DNA of 59,853 nt, filler included. It is 6 parts of 6 records of this genome, joined end to end, with 100 filler letters (N's around TTAATTAATTAA, not from the genome) between each part and the next. Parts side by side here need not be neighbours in the genome. Positions count along the whole stretch, not along the records: positions 44,369 to 51,702 come from SRR31156797_63767; positions 51,803 to 59,853 come from SRR31156797_63811; 4 more parts are not named here. The stretch is one strand, 5' to 3'. Of this stretch, positions 46,713 to 58,398 are shown piece by piece (position 1 is the first letter of the stretch; every line of letters begins with the position of its first letter). The notes under the pieces were generated by a model. The model was not told the origin of the DNA, searched no databases, and was given only the letters and a program-made list of their open reading frames with translations. The position numbers and the translations under genes were made by a program.

Positions 46713-48917
46713 ATGCTCGGACACCCTCGCGGCCTGTTTGTCCTGTTCATGACCGAAATGTGGGAACGCATGAGCTTCTACGGCATGAAAGCCCTGCTCA
46801 TTCTGTATCTCGTCAACTACCTGCTCTGGAACCAGGAGGATGCGTCTACCGTAATGGCCTGGTACGCGGGTCTGATTTATATCACCCCTGTATTCGGTGG
46901 TATGCTCGCAGATAAAGTCTTCGGGGCGCGATGGTCTGTCGTCATTGGTGGTGTGCTGATGTGTATCGGGCACTTCCTGCTCGCGTTTGAAGCGATGCCC
47001 TATTTCTATTCAGGACTCGGCTTCCTGATTGCGGGATGCGGTTTGCTCAAGCCGAATATCTCGACCCAGGTGGGTTCGCTCTACACCCCGGACGATCCGC
47101 GAAGGGACTCCGCGTTTACGATCTTCTACATGGGTATCAACGCCGGTGCATTCATCGCCCCGATTATCTGCGGTGCCATCCGACTGGAGTATGGGTTCCA
47201 TTACGGCTTCGCTGCTGCTGGTGTCGGGATGGCCATCGGCCTGGTTGTGTACCTGGTCGGGATGGGATCGGTCGTTCAGAGAATCAAGGAAGTTGAATCC
47301 ATCGTTGCAGCTAAAATTCAGAGAAGTAATAGCGATGCCTCTCCCGTAACAGAAATCGAAGCGCCTTCAAGAAAAGTCGTTCGGGATCGGATTATCGTTC
47401 TGTTTATTATCTTTGCGTTCGTGATCGTGTTCTGGATGGCGTTTGAACAGGGTGCCAACGTGATGACCATCTGGGCAGATAAGAACACCAACCTGTATGT
47501 CTTCCAGGGCTCATCGCCTGAAGCAACGATCGGCGTGCCAGCCGAGCAGGCAACGGAGGTATCACTATCCCTCTGGGAAAAAATTACGACCTGGAGCTAT
47601 ATCAAGAACTGGAAGATGGGACCGGAGTTCCTCCAGGCGGTCAATCCGTTCTTCATCATTACTCTTGCAGGTGTGTTTGCGTGGTTATGGTTATGGCTGG
47701 ACAAACGAAAATTAAATCCTTCGACACCAGCCAAGATGACGATTGGTATGTTTGGAATGACGATCGCCTATGTCGTCATGCTGGCAGCGGCTCAGGTGGA
47801 AAACAAACCATCCAGTGCTCCACTGGCAGTACTTCCTGCGGGTTTGGAACTCCAGGCGGATGGAGTGATCTACAGTATCGATCCAACAGAAGAATCGGAA
47901 GAAGGTTCAGCTACAGCCCAAGCCGGACAACCAGCAGGTGATGAGGAAGCCAACACCACCGCTTTAGCGATGGACACCACCGTTGTTGACGAAAACCGAA
48001 TCTACTACGGCTGCACGCGACTGAAATGGAATGAGTCTGAAAAGGCACTTGAAATGCACGGCGTGCTGACTGACCTTGATTGGCTGCGTGTCCTCAGCCA
48101 GACCGCTTCGGCGGAGTACAAAGATCAGATTGCTGGGTTCAGTGAAGAAGTAGAAGAGGCACAGCGAATCTATGCAGATAAGATCAGCGAAGCGAAAGAG
48201 CGAGCACGCAGCGCAACTGCGGAATACACGTGGACCATCGATACGCAGTTCTCGTACGACCAGAAGGATCAGTTGCCGGGGCGTTTGAATGACCTGATCG
48301 GTGATATGCCTTGGGAAAAAGTTGATCAGTCGCTGGTTGTGACCGAGAAGCTCGCGCGATCCGAAATACAGGAACAGTACCTCGCCAGTATCGAACCGTG
48401 GTCCGTTACGTTTACGTTGCCAGAATCGATGCCGGAACCGCAGTGGGCTGAAGCACTACCGGAACACCTGGAGTGGAATGCCGAAAATCGTACGCTCACG
48501 GCAACGGCGCTTCTCAAGGAAAAAGACAAGCTCATCCTTCTCGCTGCCGGAGCGGATGAAGAGTTCACAACGGCAGCCAACACGGTCTACAAGGATTCTT
48601 CACTTCTGAAAATCAGCATTACCTGGCTCATTCTGTTTTATCTGTGTATTACCGTCAGCGAATTGTGCTTGTCACCAGTCGGTTTATCTCTCGTCACGAA
48701 GATGGCACCGGCAAAACATGTTGGTCTGTTCATGGGGCTTTGGTTTGTGACGACAGGAGGGCTGGCAAACTTTAGTGCTCACTTCATTGGCGGGTACTGG
48801 GGCAAGATGACACCTACTGAATACTTCATGATCTTCGGCAGTGTTGCACTGGTTACCGCGTTCGTCATGTTGATGATGGTCCGATTCCTGAAGAAGAGGA
48901 TGCACGGTATCCAGTAG
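46713..48917 (+). CDS. POT/PTR family proton-coupled oligopeptide transporter with a large insertion
   Basis: AGGAG RBS; EMWERMSFYG (ExxER), LKPNIS, FYMGINAG, ELCLSPVGLS. Confidence 0.93.
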   Translation: MLGHPRGLFVLFMTEMWERMSFYGMKALLILYLVNYLLWNQEDASTVMAWYAGLIYITPVFGGMLADKVFGARWSVVIGGVLMCIGHFLLAFEAMPYFYSGLGFLIAGCGLLKPNISTQVGSLYTPDDPRRDSAFTIFYMGINAGAFIAPIICGAIRLEYGFHYGFAAAGVGMAIGLVVYLVGMGSVVQRIKEVESIVAAKIQRSNSDASPVTEIEAPSRKVVRDRIIVLFIIFAFVIVFWMAFEQGANVMTIWADKNTNLYVFQGSSPEATIGVPAEQATEVSLSLWEKITTWSYIKNWKMGPEFLQAVNPFFIITLAGVFAWLWLWLDKRKLNPSTPAKMTIGMFGMTIAYVVMLAAAQVENKPSSAPLAVLPAGLELQADGVIYSIDPTEESEEGSATAQAGQPAGDEEANTTALAMDTTVVDENRIYYGCTRLKWNESEKALEMHGVLTDLDWLRVLSQTASAEYKDQIAGFSEEVEEAQRIYADKISEAKERARSATAEYTWTIDTQFSYDQKDQLPGRLNDLIGDMPWEKVDQSLVVTEKLARSEIQEQYLASIEPWSVTFTLPESMPEPQWAEALPEHLEWNAENRTLTATALLKEKDKLILLAAGADEEFTTAANTVYKDSSLLKISITWLILFYLCITVSELCLSPVGLSLVTKMAPAKHVGLFMGLWFVTTGGLANFSAHFIGGYWGKMTPTEYFMIFGSVALVTAFVMLMMVRFLKKRMHGIQ

Positions 48918-48940
48918 CAATTGCGTTTATCAAAATTCAC

Positions 48941-48972
48941 AGGGCTTGTGCTGCTCAGCCGGCACAAGCCCT
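48941..48972 (+). terminator. Probable terminator hairpin after the POT gene
   Basis: AGGGCTTGTGC...GCACAAGCCCT 11-bp stem; weak U-tract. Confidence 0.55.
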
Positions 48973-49194
48973 TCCTGTTAGTATCCCCCGGCTTCCTGTG
49001 TCCTCCAAGGATATAATATAGGACACTGATTTTCACAACGTTTTCCATTTTTTCGCAACCATCCGGATTTTCGTCTATAATAAGATGTAGCAACTGGCGA
49101 CTGTTTCGCAGTCAGCCAGGATGGTCCTGTCTTACAGATGGTATTGAGGGGCAGGAGTTTTCGTAGCGAGAAAACACAAGGAGGCCGGTAGGGG

Positions 49195-50607
49195 ATGTTG
49201 AAATGGATCCCGCTGCTGTTTATAGGACTCGTCATCACCGCGACTCCACTGCGCGCTGATGACACCAGCGAATGCGATCTGGGTGACCTGCGATCCCTGC
49301 AGGATGCCTTTGCAGATCTGGCAGACAGCGTACGCCCATCTGTCGTTGCTATTCGTACATTCCGGGTTCCGAAGAACACGGAAGGTCAGAAAGTCTCTGT
49401 CCGCCGGAAGGAAAACCAGGGCAGCGGTATGGTTATCTCTTCCGAAGGGCTGATTCTCACGAACGAACATGTGATCGGAACAGCCGGCCACATCGATGTT
49501 ATCCTGTCCGATGGGACCCGAAGTACAGCTGAAGTTGTCGCAACCGATCCCCGTAGTGATCTGGCTGTTCTCCGGATCAAAGTCGACGAACCACTGCCGG
49601 TGATCAGATGGTGTCCGCTGAACCAGGTCCGCCAGGGACACTGGGCATTTGCGTTGGGTAATCCCTATGGGATGGCCAACGAAGACGGCAGGCTTGCTTT
49701 CACCGTTGGTACCGTAACCGCTCTCGGCAAATCACTGACGCCCGAGCTCGATCCAACGGAAACCCGCTACTACGGAAACCTCATCCAGACGTCTGCTGAC
49801 ATCAATCCCGGAAACAGCGGCGGCCCCTTGTTCAATATCGATGGTTGCGTCATTGGAGTCTGCACGGCTACGATCACCCGCAGCAGCACCCACGATGGTG
49901 TTGGGTTTGCGATCCCCATTACAGACCGCACCCTTAATGTCATTGAAAGACTCAAAGAGGGACAAGCTGTTCAGTATGGCTACATGGGCGTGAAGGTATC
50001 GACTCCGACGAAGACTCACCGATTCCTTGCTGGTGCTGGGTCCGGAGACGCATATGGTGCATTGGTCGCTGCTGTCATCGGACGCGATGGCCCGGGCGCA
50101 AAAGCAGGTCTCCGCGCAGGTGATCTGATCGTTCAATACGATGGCCAGATCGTGAAAGACTCTGACCATTTCGTCCGAATGGTAGGCATGACTCCGGTGT
50201 CCCAGGTGGTCTCCCTGGTCTACTTCAGGGAAGGCAGACGCACCGAAGCCATGGTCAAACTGCAGGAGCGTCCAAAATCCATCATGGCCCGGACCGACTC
50301 CAATCCGGGAGTGGAAGTGGGTACCCGACCGGAACGTTATTCCTGGAAAGGAATCCTCCTTGGTGAACCGACAGATAAAGTGCTCAGCGCCAACGGAATC
50401 TCACGAGCACAATCCGGACTAGTGGCAGTTGATGTTGAACGATATTCCCATGCATGGAACGCAGGTCTCCGAAGAGGAGATGTCGTTATGCAGTACAACA
50501 GCACGCGAGTCACCACCCTGGATGATTTCCGTCAGGTAGACAGCGGACATGAAACGGTCGTTCGTTTAACGCTCAGCGACAATCGCACTCTTCGCTTTAA
50601 ACGATAG
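49195..50607 (+). CDS. htrA: HtrA/DegP-family serine protease with two PDZ domains
   Basis: Signal peptide; triad TNEHV, SDLA, GNSGG; two AGLRxGD PDZ motifs. Confidence 0.92.
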   Translation: MLKWIPLLFIGLVITATPLRADDTSECDLGDLRSLQDAFADLADSVRPSVVAIRTFRVPKNTEGQKVSVRRKENQGSGMVISSEGLILTNEHVIGTAGHIDVILSDGTRSTAEVVATDPRSDLAVLRIKVDEPLPVIRWCPLNQVRQGHWAFALGNPYGMANEDGRLAFTVGTVTALGKSLTPELDPTETRYYGNLIQTSADINPGNSGGPLFNIDGCVIGVCTATITRSSTHDGVGFAIPITDRTLNVIERLKEGQAVQYGYMGVKVSTPTKTHRFLAGAGSGDAYGALVAAVIGRDGPGAKAGLRAGDLIVQYDGQIVKDSDHFVRMVGMTPVSQVVSLVYFREGRRTEAMVKLQERPKSIMARTDSNPGVEVGTRPERYSWKGILLGEPTDKVLSANGISRAQSGLVAVDVERYSHAWNAGLRRGDVVMQYNSTRVTTLDDFRQVDSGHETVVRLTLSDNRTLRFKR

Positions 50608-50936
50608 TTCCAGTGCAGGAAAATCAGCTTTCCTGTCCGGGAGAACAACATTGTCGTTCTGTTCTGGACAAAATCTGCTGTATCAATATTGAAAACAGCG
50701 TTTATTCAACCCTCCAATCAATGACTCAGAATGATCATACCTTGCATGGACATTGTGGATTGCTATAATGTCATGCTCGCTGGAGATTCGCTCCCCCTCC
50801 GACTGATGTGCGGAGGATGAGAGTTAACTGCAGGAAGCACACAACAGTTATTCATCCATCGCCCGGTGGCATTGGGCTACTGGCGCCGGAAAGAGGATTA
50901 CCTAAACGAACAGGAACCCACCCCGTGACATCCGAG

Positions 50937-51702
50937 ATGAATCCCGTGTATGAACGTCCTGATCGCACTGCCGGTCAGCCCGTATCCGATGATCCCGTCG
51001 AAATCCCGAGCAAAGCAGAAGCCGAAATTGCGAAAAACGGCAAACGCAAGCGGATCGACAAGTATTTCGCTACGGTTTGTGATACCGGCGCTTCGGACTT
51101 GCATCTGAAGTCAGAAACGCCTGCGAAACTTCGACTGGGGGGGCATATAAAATCAGTTAAGGGTCGTCCTCTCTCGAATGAAGAAGTTACCAGCATGATG
51201 TTCGAGATCATGACGGACGAGCAGATTAAGCGTTTCAATAAAAATGGGGCGGAGGACTTTGCCTACCAGCTGGGCGACAAAGCCCGATTCCGTGTCAACA
51301 TTTTCCGCCAGAGAGGGCTGACTTCCGTTGCCGCCCGTCGGATTCCATTCGAAATTCTGGATTATAATGCTCTTCACCTGCCTGACTGCCTGGAAGAAAT
51401 CGCGAATCTTCACCAGGGTCTGGTTCTGGTCAGTGGTATTACAGGCTCCGGAAAGAGTACGACCATTGCCTCGATGATTGAGCAGATCAACCAGACGCGA
51501 TCCTGCCACATCGTCACACTGGAAGATCCGATCGAATTCATCTACGAAGACAAAAAGGCCTTCGTCAACCAACGCGAAATTGGACTGGATGTCGAGAACT
51601 TCCACGAAGCCCTGAAGTTCCTCATGCGTGAAGATCCGGACGTCGTCCTCATTGGTGAAATGCGTGACCAGGAAACCTTCGGTGCGGCCCTCCAGGCTGC
51701 TG
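50937..51702 (+). CDS. pilT: PilT/PilU retraction ATPase, 3'-truncated (start uncertain)
   Basis: ASDLHL, RFRVNIFRQRG, GITGSGKSTT, EDPIE, REDPDVVLIGEMRD. Confidence 0.9.
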
Positions 51703-51802
51703 NNNNNNNNNNNNNNNNNNNNNNNNNNNNNNNNNNNNNNNNNNNNTTAATTAATTAANNNNNNNNNNNNNNNNNNNNNNNNNNNNNNNNNNNNNNNNNN
51801 NN
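51703..51802. other. Artificial contig linker
   Basis: N44-TTAATTAATTAA-N44. Confidence 0.99.
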
Positions 51803-54800
51803 CCCCTTTGCCAGAGCGTAATCCATATCCTCGAAGACCTTATGCACCAGGTTCCCGAAGACGCTGCCCCGGGTCAGGCCCAGAACGCCGCTCCGGTCCT
51901 CGGTCGGCATCTCCTCATCACCTCCGTCCCTGTCGGCGTCGTCGGCAGGCAGAATGTGATGGGAACTCCCGTGGACGCCGGCGGTCAGACCGGAAAAGCT
52001 GACGGTCCGGGGATAGCGCTCCCGGAAAGGGGAGCCCGAGCTCAATTCGGCGGCCTGCAGCCGCGACGCTTCACTCTGGTCCGCTGCCGCGGCGGGGGCG
52101 GATGCGGCCTCGCCGGCGACCTCCCTGTAGGCGAAGAGCCCGGAAGAGGCGGCGGCCAGCTCCTTCAGACGCTCGGAGATCCGGGCGTTGGCCAGGGGCT
52201 TCATCACGGCGGCCTTCCCCTTCTTCAACCTGTCCTTCAGGTTCAGATGGAGGGGCCAGATCTGGTCGAAGGGAGCGGCGAAGACGGGATCGTCCTCCTC
52301 CACCAACGTATCCCGGAACAGGGAGGCGTAGAGAGAGCTGAGATAGCAGAAGTCGATCCGCGGGAACCAGGGCATGTAAAGGAGGATGGATGCCCTGGTC
52401 AGGGAGACATAGTAGAGCCTCTTGCGCTCCTCCCAGTCGGAGAGGGCGCTCCTTCTCTGGGATTCGGGACTGCAGAGATAGTCCTTGTACCGCTGTCCCT
52501 CCCAGTAGTATTTCAGCTGATCGCTCCGGGACCGTATGCCGTCGCTCATGCCTCCCGAGAAGAAGACCACCGGGAACTCCAGCCCCTTGGAGGCATGGTG
52601 GGTCATGATTCTGACAGCCTGCCCGTCCCGGTCCAGGCGCACCTGTTTCTCCTCATCCCCCTCGGGATTGTTCAGCTGGGCGAGATAGAAGTCATAGAGC
52701 TCCTGGGCGTCCAGTCCCCGCTGCCTCTGCTCGTTGTGATAGAGTTCGGCCAGCTGGACAAGGTTTGTGATCTGCCTCTTGCCCTCGGTCCGGCGGAGAA
52801 GGCGGTTGCGCCAGGAGTCCTTTCCCTCCATGAAAGGCAGGGGGAGGGGCTCCTCGAAGAAGCGCCGGAAGACCCGCACCAGGCCGCCCCGGTCGCAGTC
52901 CTCCCGGGCCTCCTGCATAAAGAGGAGAAAGGCCTCATACTCCTCCCCGTCCCGCAGGTCCAGCAGCGTCTCCGTTTCCATCTCAAAGGCCGGGGAGAGG
53001 AGGAAAGAGACCGCGGCGCTCCAATGGGACGGCCGGGACAGGGCCTGGAGGAAGCGGCCGAATATCCGGGCCTCGGGGGTGTCCATGACCCTCCGCTCCG
53101 AGAAGACCACGCCGGGGATGCCCCTGGCGTTCAGCCTGTCCAGGAAGGCCTCGCAGTCCGCGTTCTTCTCCATCAGTACGGCGATGTCGCCGGGACCGAT
53201 CTTCCGGCGGTCATCCCCTGTCTCCAGGAGCAGCTCGCCCGCCAGAAGCCGGGAGATCTCGTCGCCGATCCTGTCCATCCACAGGGAGGTCAGAGAGGAT
53301 TTGGATTCCAGCCCCTCCCCTTCGCCCGATGAGATCTCGCAGATCTGCAGGGCCGCGGCGCAGCGTCCCTCGCCGTCCACCGGCAGGGGGGCGTCCGTCT
53401 TTCCCGCGCCCACCTCTTCGAAGGGGACGGTCCGGAAGCCCTCGCTCTTCAGCGGGAAGAGCCTGGAGAAGATATGGTTGCAGACTCCGACGATCCCGGG
53501 ACGGGAGCGGTAGTTCACAGCCAGGGAATAGCGCCGCTCTTCCGGCACCGTGTCGCAGGCCTCGAAATAGACGTTCAGATCGGTTCCCCTGAACCCGTAG
53601 ATGGACTGCTTGGGATCTCCGATAAGGAAAAAGTTATGGTCGTCGTCCCGGTCGAAGAGGGTCTGGAAGATGGACCACTGACGGCGGTCCGTGTCCTGGA
53701 ACTCATCCACAAGGACGGTCCGGTACTGCTGCCGGAGGATGCGGGCCAGAGCTCCGTCGGGCTCAGCCTCCAGGTTTTCGGAGAGCAGGCGGATCAGGTC
53801 GGAGAAGTCCCGGGCCCCCCTGAGGGCCTTCTTGTTATCCAGGACCGGAAGGGTCTCCTCAATGAGCCCTTTGCGGAAGCTGTAGGCCAGCAGGGCGGGC
53901 AGACCGTTCTTTGAGGGAGCCGCCGGGGAGACGAGGGGCTCCAGCTCGGCAAAAAGAGACTCCGCCGCCAATGCCGCGGCGCCGGCCTCTCCTCCGGGCA
54001 GATCGGGGATCTCTCCATCGGGATTCCGGGAGCGGAATTTCGCCTCCAGGTTCCCGGGACAGATCATGCTCAGATAGTGGCCCGGACCCGATGCGGCGCA
54101 GAACCACTCCAGAAAGTCACCCAGGGAAGCGCAGCCGGAGACTCCCTGGTCGTACTCCTCCCAGAACCTCAGAACCCTGGCGGCGGTGGCCTTGGTCTGC
54201 CCCGTCTTCATCCCCTTGAAGAGGGCCGCTACGGTCTCGGCGGAGGGCTTGCACTCTCTGAGGGCCTGAAGGGCGTCACGGATGCGGCCTTCCCCCCGGG
54301 CGAAGGCGGCGGCCTCCTCCAGGATCCTGTCCAGCTCCTGATCGGAGGGGATGCGGACCGAGTCCCTGTCGTCCAGGGCGGAAACCACATCCTCCACCAG
54401 GGCCCGGCATCCCTCCTCCAGCCCTCCTGAGAAGAAGCTGCGCATAAGGTCGCGCTGTTCCATGGGGATGGTTCCGAAACGGCGCGCCAGCACCTCCTCG
54501 GCCGCCTCCCGGGCCAGGGAGTTGTCGCTGAGGAACTCCTGACGGAAAGGAGAGGAGGACTCGAAGGGGAAGGTCTGCAGCACGTGCTGGCAGAAGCCGT
54601 GGATGGTAAAGAGGGAGGCCCGGTCGAAGTCCCGCCTGGCCCTGAGCAGACGGCCGTGAAGCTCGGGATCTCCCCCCTCGCTCTCCCTGGCCCGCCGGTT
54701 CACCAGGCTGCGGATCCGCTCCTTCAGCTCCCGGGCGGCCTTGTTGGTAAAGGTTACCACCAGGATGGATTCTATGGGGATGCCGTAGCGGCCTATGAGC

Positions 54801-54928
54801 TCGCAGACCACCCTCTCCAGATTGTATGTCTTCCCCGTGCCCGCAGAGGCCTCGAGCCTGACAGACTGCAGCAGGTCAGCGGCGGCGGGATCGAATATTC
54901 TCGGCATGTCTTTCTGACTGGGGCTCAT
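51803..54928 (-). CDS. recB: Exodeoxyribonuclease V beta subunit, 3'-truncated
   Basis: EASAGTGKT, VTFTNKAA, TIHGFC, DEFQDTD, GDPKQSIYGFRG, HASKGLEF, YVSLTRA; start overlaps the recC stop. Confidence 0.93.
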
Positions 54929-57900
54929 GACGACTTTCCCCTCTTCCGGCTTTTCTCCAGAGGAAGGTAGATCAGCTCGACCCTCTCCCTGAGCGGCCCG
55001 CCGTCCACCGGAGGGGCTGCGGGAAAGAACTCCTGCCTGAAGAAGCAGTCCTTCAGGGAGTTGTTATTCCATCCGTCCTCAGCCAGCCGCGCCCAGTGAC
55101 TCTGCCACAGGAGCTCCAGCTCAGCGGAGGACAGAGAGGGATTGCGCACCAGCTCCTTTGCCAGGGCCTCCCCCAGCTCGGGGTAGAGGGGCAGGACATC
55201 ATCGCCCCGGTCCAGACAGAGGGAAACGAGACGGTCCAGCAACGCGTCGGGATCGGGGATGACGATCCGCCCCTCGCCGGGCTCCCCCTTCCGAGAGAAG
55301 GTGAGTGAGGGGTAGTCCCTCTTTCCGATCCTGATAAGCTTCAGCTCCTCTGCCCCATCGTAGAGAGCGCAGAGGGCCAGGAATTTGACCAGTCCCGGCA
55401 GATCATGCCTGGCTCCGGGAGTCCCGGATTCACAGTATTCCAGGGTCTGCCAGCGGCTGCCCTCCTCATTGGAACTGACGCAGTCCAGGGTTCCGCTCAG
55501 GCGGACGACAGCCCCCCCATCCCTCGGGACGCTCATGCCGGGGACGGTCGCCAGGGCCAGCTCCGTTCTGTGCGGCCGTCGGAAGACCGAACGCTCGGGA
55601 TCGATCAGAAGATCCCGCCAGGGACCGTCCAGCTCCCTGTCCTCCGCCTGTGCAGCCATCTCTTCCAGGCGGGAGAGCATCGCCTCCTCCAAAAGGAAAC
55701 GTATATCCCCTTCAGGGAGGTTCCCCCGAACCTGCTGCTCCCTGAAGAACTCGGAACTCAGCTCAACATCCCCCAGGGTGCCGGGGGATCTCAGGCGCTC
55801 GGAGCCGTAGACATATCGCTCCAGAAAGGGGAGTTCCAGGTTCTCCCCGTCCTCGCTTTCCAGGCTCTCCCGATCATCGGGAAAACTCTTCAGCACCCGT
55901 CTGAAATACCAGGCCGCCGGATTCTTCAGAAAGGAGAGGATGTCCTCCAGGGGAAGATGCTCCTCCGCCCCGGCAGCATCGTCCACTCCGCCTTCCCTAT
56001 CCGCTGCGGGACGGGAGAGGATCATGCCGCCGCGCCCCTCTTTCTCCTCGCCCTCCAGGCTGAGACGGGCGCTTTCCAGGGCGTTTCGGTCGTATGACAG
56101 GAGCTCCGATCCTTGCTGAAAATAACGGGGATCGAAGCTGTGGATCGACTCATCGCGAATCAGAGCCGCCGCTGCGTTCATCTCCCCTTCTGAAGAATCG
56201 GCAGAACCGAAAGCATAGCGCTGATCCAGAAAATCCAGAAGCTCGGATATCACCGCCGAAGGCTGCAGCGCCTCCCCCCTGACGGCGTCGCGGCTGCGGT
56301 AGAACAGGGTAAGGGAGTCCAGGGCGGAGAGGAGGGTCTCCAGGAAGGTGTAGAGGTCCCCTCCCCTGCGGGAGAGGTCTATGTCCTTTTGGATCACATC
56401 CTTCAGATCGAAGCTGAGAGACTGCTCCTCCCCGGGGAAGCTCCCCTCGTTCATCCCCAGAATATAGATGCGCCGGAAGGGGATGGCCCTCATGGGCTTG
56501 AGGGAGGAACAGCTTATCCCCTGGGTCAGGTAGCGCCCCCGGCCGGAAGAGGATTTGGCGACGAACTCATTCAGAAGGGTCCGGAATACGTAAAAGTCAT
56601 AACGGCTGCCCTCGGGGAGGGGAGTGCTCTCCTCCAGGTTGATGATGTCCCTGAAGCATCCCTTGATCCGGAACCAGTCCTGCTCGTCCTGTCGCAGGTC
56701 CTTTCTGACGGCGAAGTAGGATTCCAGGAGGGATTCGGCATAGAGGGCCCACTCCTTGAGGGTCAGTTCCAAGGTGTCCAGCTCATAGAGGTCGTGGTAG
56801 AGGTTCTCCACCAGCTGCATCAGCTTGCCCCGGCTGCGGGCGCTCTCCTCATCGGGGAGGGCGAAGGGGAGCCGCTCGGGAACGTCGTCCTCGTCCAGAA
56901 AGAGCCCCTCGCGGATGCGGTCGAAGGCGCGGTCCCAGCTGTTGAATCCCGTGGATTCGCTGATGAGGTTCTGTTTGTGCCCTTCGTCGAAACCCCAGCG
57001 GATGTTGAGCTCCTCACAGAGATCCAGCCACCCGTCCCGCTCGTTCCGGCTGATGCCGTGGCACTCGCGGAAACAGGGATTGTCGAAGAGCGTGAAGAGC
57101 TCTGAACGCCTGAAGCGGCTTCCCGGCAGGTTCATGAGATGAAGGAAGCCCTGTATCAGGGCGGAAAGCTCGGAGCTGCTCAGGTCGACGATGTTGTAGG
57201 GAAGATCGAGGCGCTCGTCCTCCGAAGGGAACAGGGCCTCCAGATAGGGAGCGTAGACGTTGATATCCGGCGCCAGTACGGCGATGTCCGTCGTCCTGAG
57301 GCTGCTGTCACGGTCCAGCTCTCTCAGGATAAGGTCCCTGAGGATTTCGCACTCCCGCCAGGGGCCGGTGCAGCCGTGGATACTGAGGGATCGGTCATCG
57401 GATCCGACGGCGGCCTTTTCTCCCGTGAAGGGGGCGTCCTCCCGGATCTCCCTTTGTATCCGGGTCAGCAGGGAGTCTCCCTCCAGCGGGGGGAAGTGAC
57501 GTTCCGGCTCCTCCATGTCGAAGCCTGAGCTGAGGCGAACGAAGCCTCCCATCTGGGTGCACCAGCTGTTCAACAGCGGATTCTTCGGCTCCACAGGCCA
57601 TGAGCTGTAGGCGCTCGAAGGGGTCAGAATAAAGTGGTCTACCCTCAGATCCCGTGAGAGGCGGTAAAAGAACTTCAGAGAGCTGTCGCCCAGGAAGGAG
57701 GAACCGAAGAGGACCACCCTCCCCGCCTCTCCGTCAAAAGAGTCGTCACTCTCTTCCACGGTCCTTATGATACGGCTGATGGAGAGGCCCGATGAGAAGA
57801 CCCGGTCCCAGAGATAGCGCTGCCAGTCCTCGTGAAACCTCAATCCCGGAGGCATATCCGGATAGCCCTCTCCCCTCTCCCAGCAATCGATCAGGGGCAT

Positions 57901-58395
57901 GCAGTTCATGGCATAGTGGGAGAAGAGGCCCGCGATACCGTCGGCGAGACCGTAGAGGCGATCCGATCTGATCTGTTTGCGGCTCTGGGGGTTCAGGCCG
58001 CCCAAGGCGTTCATATATTCATAGAGCCTCCGGCAGACCGCCGGAACCGCTGCGGGATCGGCGAAAAGCTCCTCAAGGATTTTGTAGATCCTGATCTTCA
58101 GGTTATCCATATAGAGGACGGGACGCTCATCTCCCCCCTCCCCCTTGCTTAGCGACCGGACGCATTCATAGCCCCCCGCCAGCTCGCGGAGAGCCTTCTC
58201 GGGCAGGACGGGAAGACAGCCGGCGCTGACGCCCCGCGCCTCGGCAAGCCTGAGTTTGAGCCACTCCCCCATGCTCTTGTTCTGAACCACAAGGTAGAGA
58301 GGGGGACCGAACAATCCGTCGGAACTCAGGATCCGGGAATAGCGATCAATGAAATCCTGAAGAGACGAACTCTGATAGACCCTGTAAGCGCTCAC
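54925..58395 (-). CDS. recC: Exodeoxyribonuclease V gamma subunit
   Basis: VVQNKSMGEWL, NPLLNSW, IHGCTGPWRECEIL, IAVLAPDINVYAP, PMRAIPF, GMNEGSFP. Confidence 0.92.
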   Translation of the reverse strand: MSAYRVYQSSSLQDFIDRYSRILSSDGLFGPPLYLVVQNKSMGEWLKLRLAEARGVSAGCLPVLPEKALRELAGGYECVRSLSKGEGGDERPVLYMDNLKIRIYKILEELFADPAAVPAVCRRLYEYMNALGGLNPQSRKQIRSDRLYGLADGIAGLFSHYAMNCMPLIDCWERGEGYPDMPPGLRFHEDWQRYLWDRVFSSGLSISRIIRTVEESDDSFDGEAGRVVLFGSSFLGDSSLKFFYRLSRDLRVDHFILTPSSAYSSWPVEPKNPLLNSWCTQMGGFVRLSSGFDMEEPERHFPPLEGDSLLTRIQREIREDAPFTGEKAAVGSDDRSLSIHGCTGPWRECEILRDLILRELDRDSSLRTTDIAVLAPDINVYAPYLEALFPSEDERLDLPYNIVDLSSSELSALIQGFLHLMNLPGSRFRRSELFTLFDNPCFRECHGISRNERDGWLDLCEELNIRWGFDEGHKQNLISESTGFNSWDRAFDRIREGLFLDEDDVPERLPFALPDEESARSRGKLMQLVENLYHDLYELDTLELTLKEWALYAESLLESYFAVRKDLRQDEQDWFRIKGCFRDIINLEESTPLPEGSRYDFYVFRTLLNEFVAKSSSGRGRYLTQGISCSSLKPMRAIPFRRIYILGMNEGSFPGEEQSLSFDLKDVIQKDIDLSRRGGDLYTFLETLLSALDSLTLFYRSRDAVRGEALQPSAVISELLDFLDQRYAFGSADSSEGEMNAAAALIRDESIHSFDPRYFQQGSELLSYDRNALESARLSLEGEEKEGRGGMILSRPAADREGGVDDAAGAEEHLPLEDILSFLKNPAAWYFRRVLKSFPDDRESLESEDGENLELPFLERYVYGSERLRSPGTLGDVELSSEFFREQQVRGNLPEGDIRFLLEEAMLSRLEEMAAQAEDRELDGPWRDLLIDPERSVFRRPHRTELALATVPGMSVPRDGGAVVRLSGTLDCVSSNEEGSRWQTLEYCESGTPGARHDLPGLVKFLALCALYDGAEELKLIRIGKRDYPSLTFSRKGEPGEGRIVIPDPDALLDRLVSLCLDRGDDVLPLYPELGEALAKELVRNPSLSSAELELLWQSHWARLAEDGWNNNSLKDCFFRQEFFPAAPPVDGGPLRERVELIYLPLEKSRKRGKSS

Positions 58396-58398
58396 CTG

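Noticed and set aside
13181-51802. Five identical TTAATTAATTAA elements flanked by N runs, and ORFs running into them
   Set aside because: These are assembly concatenation linkers, not biological repeats. Cross-segment links, such as pilT in segment 5 with the pilus operon in segment 2, cannot be inferred.
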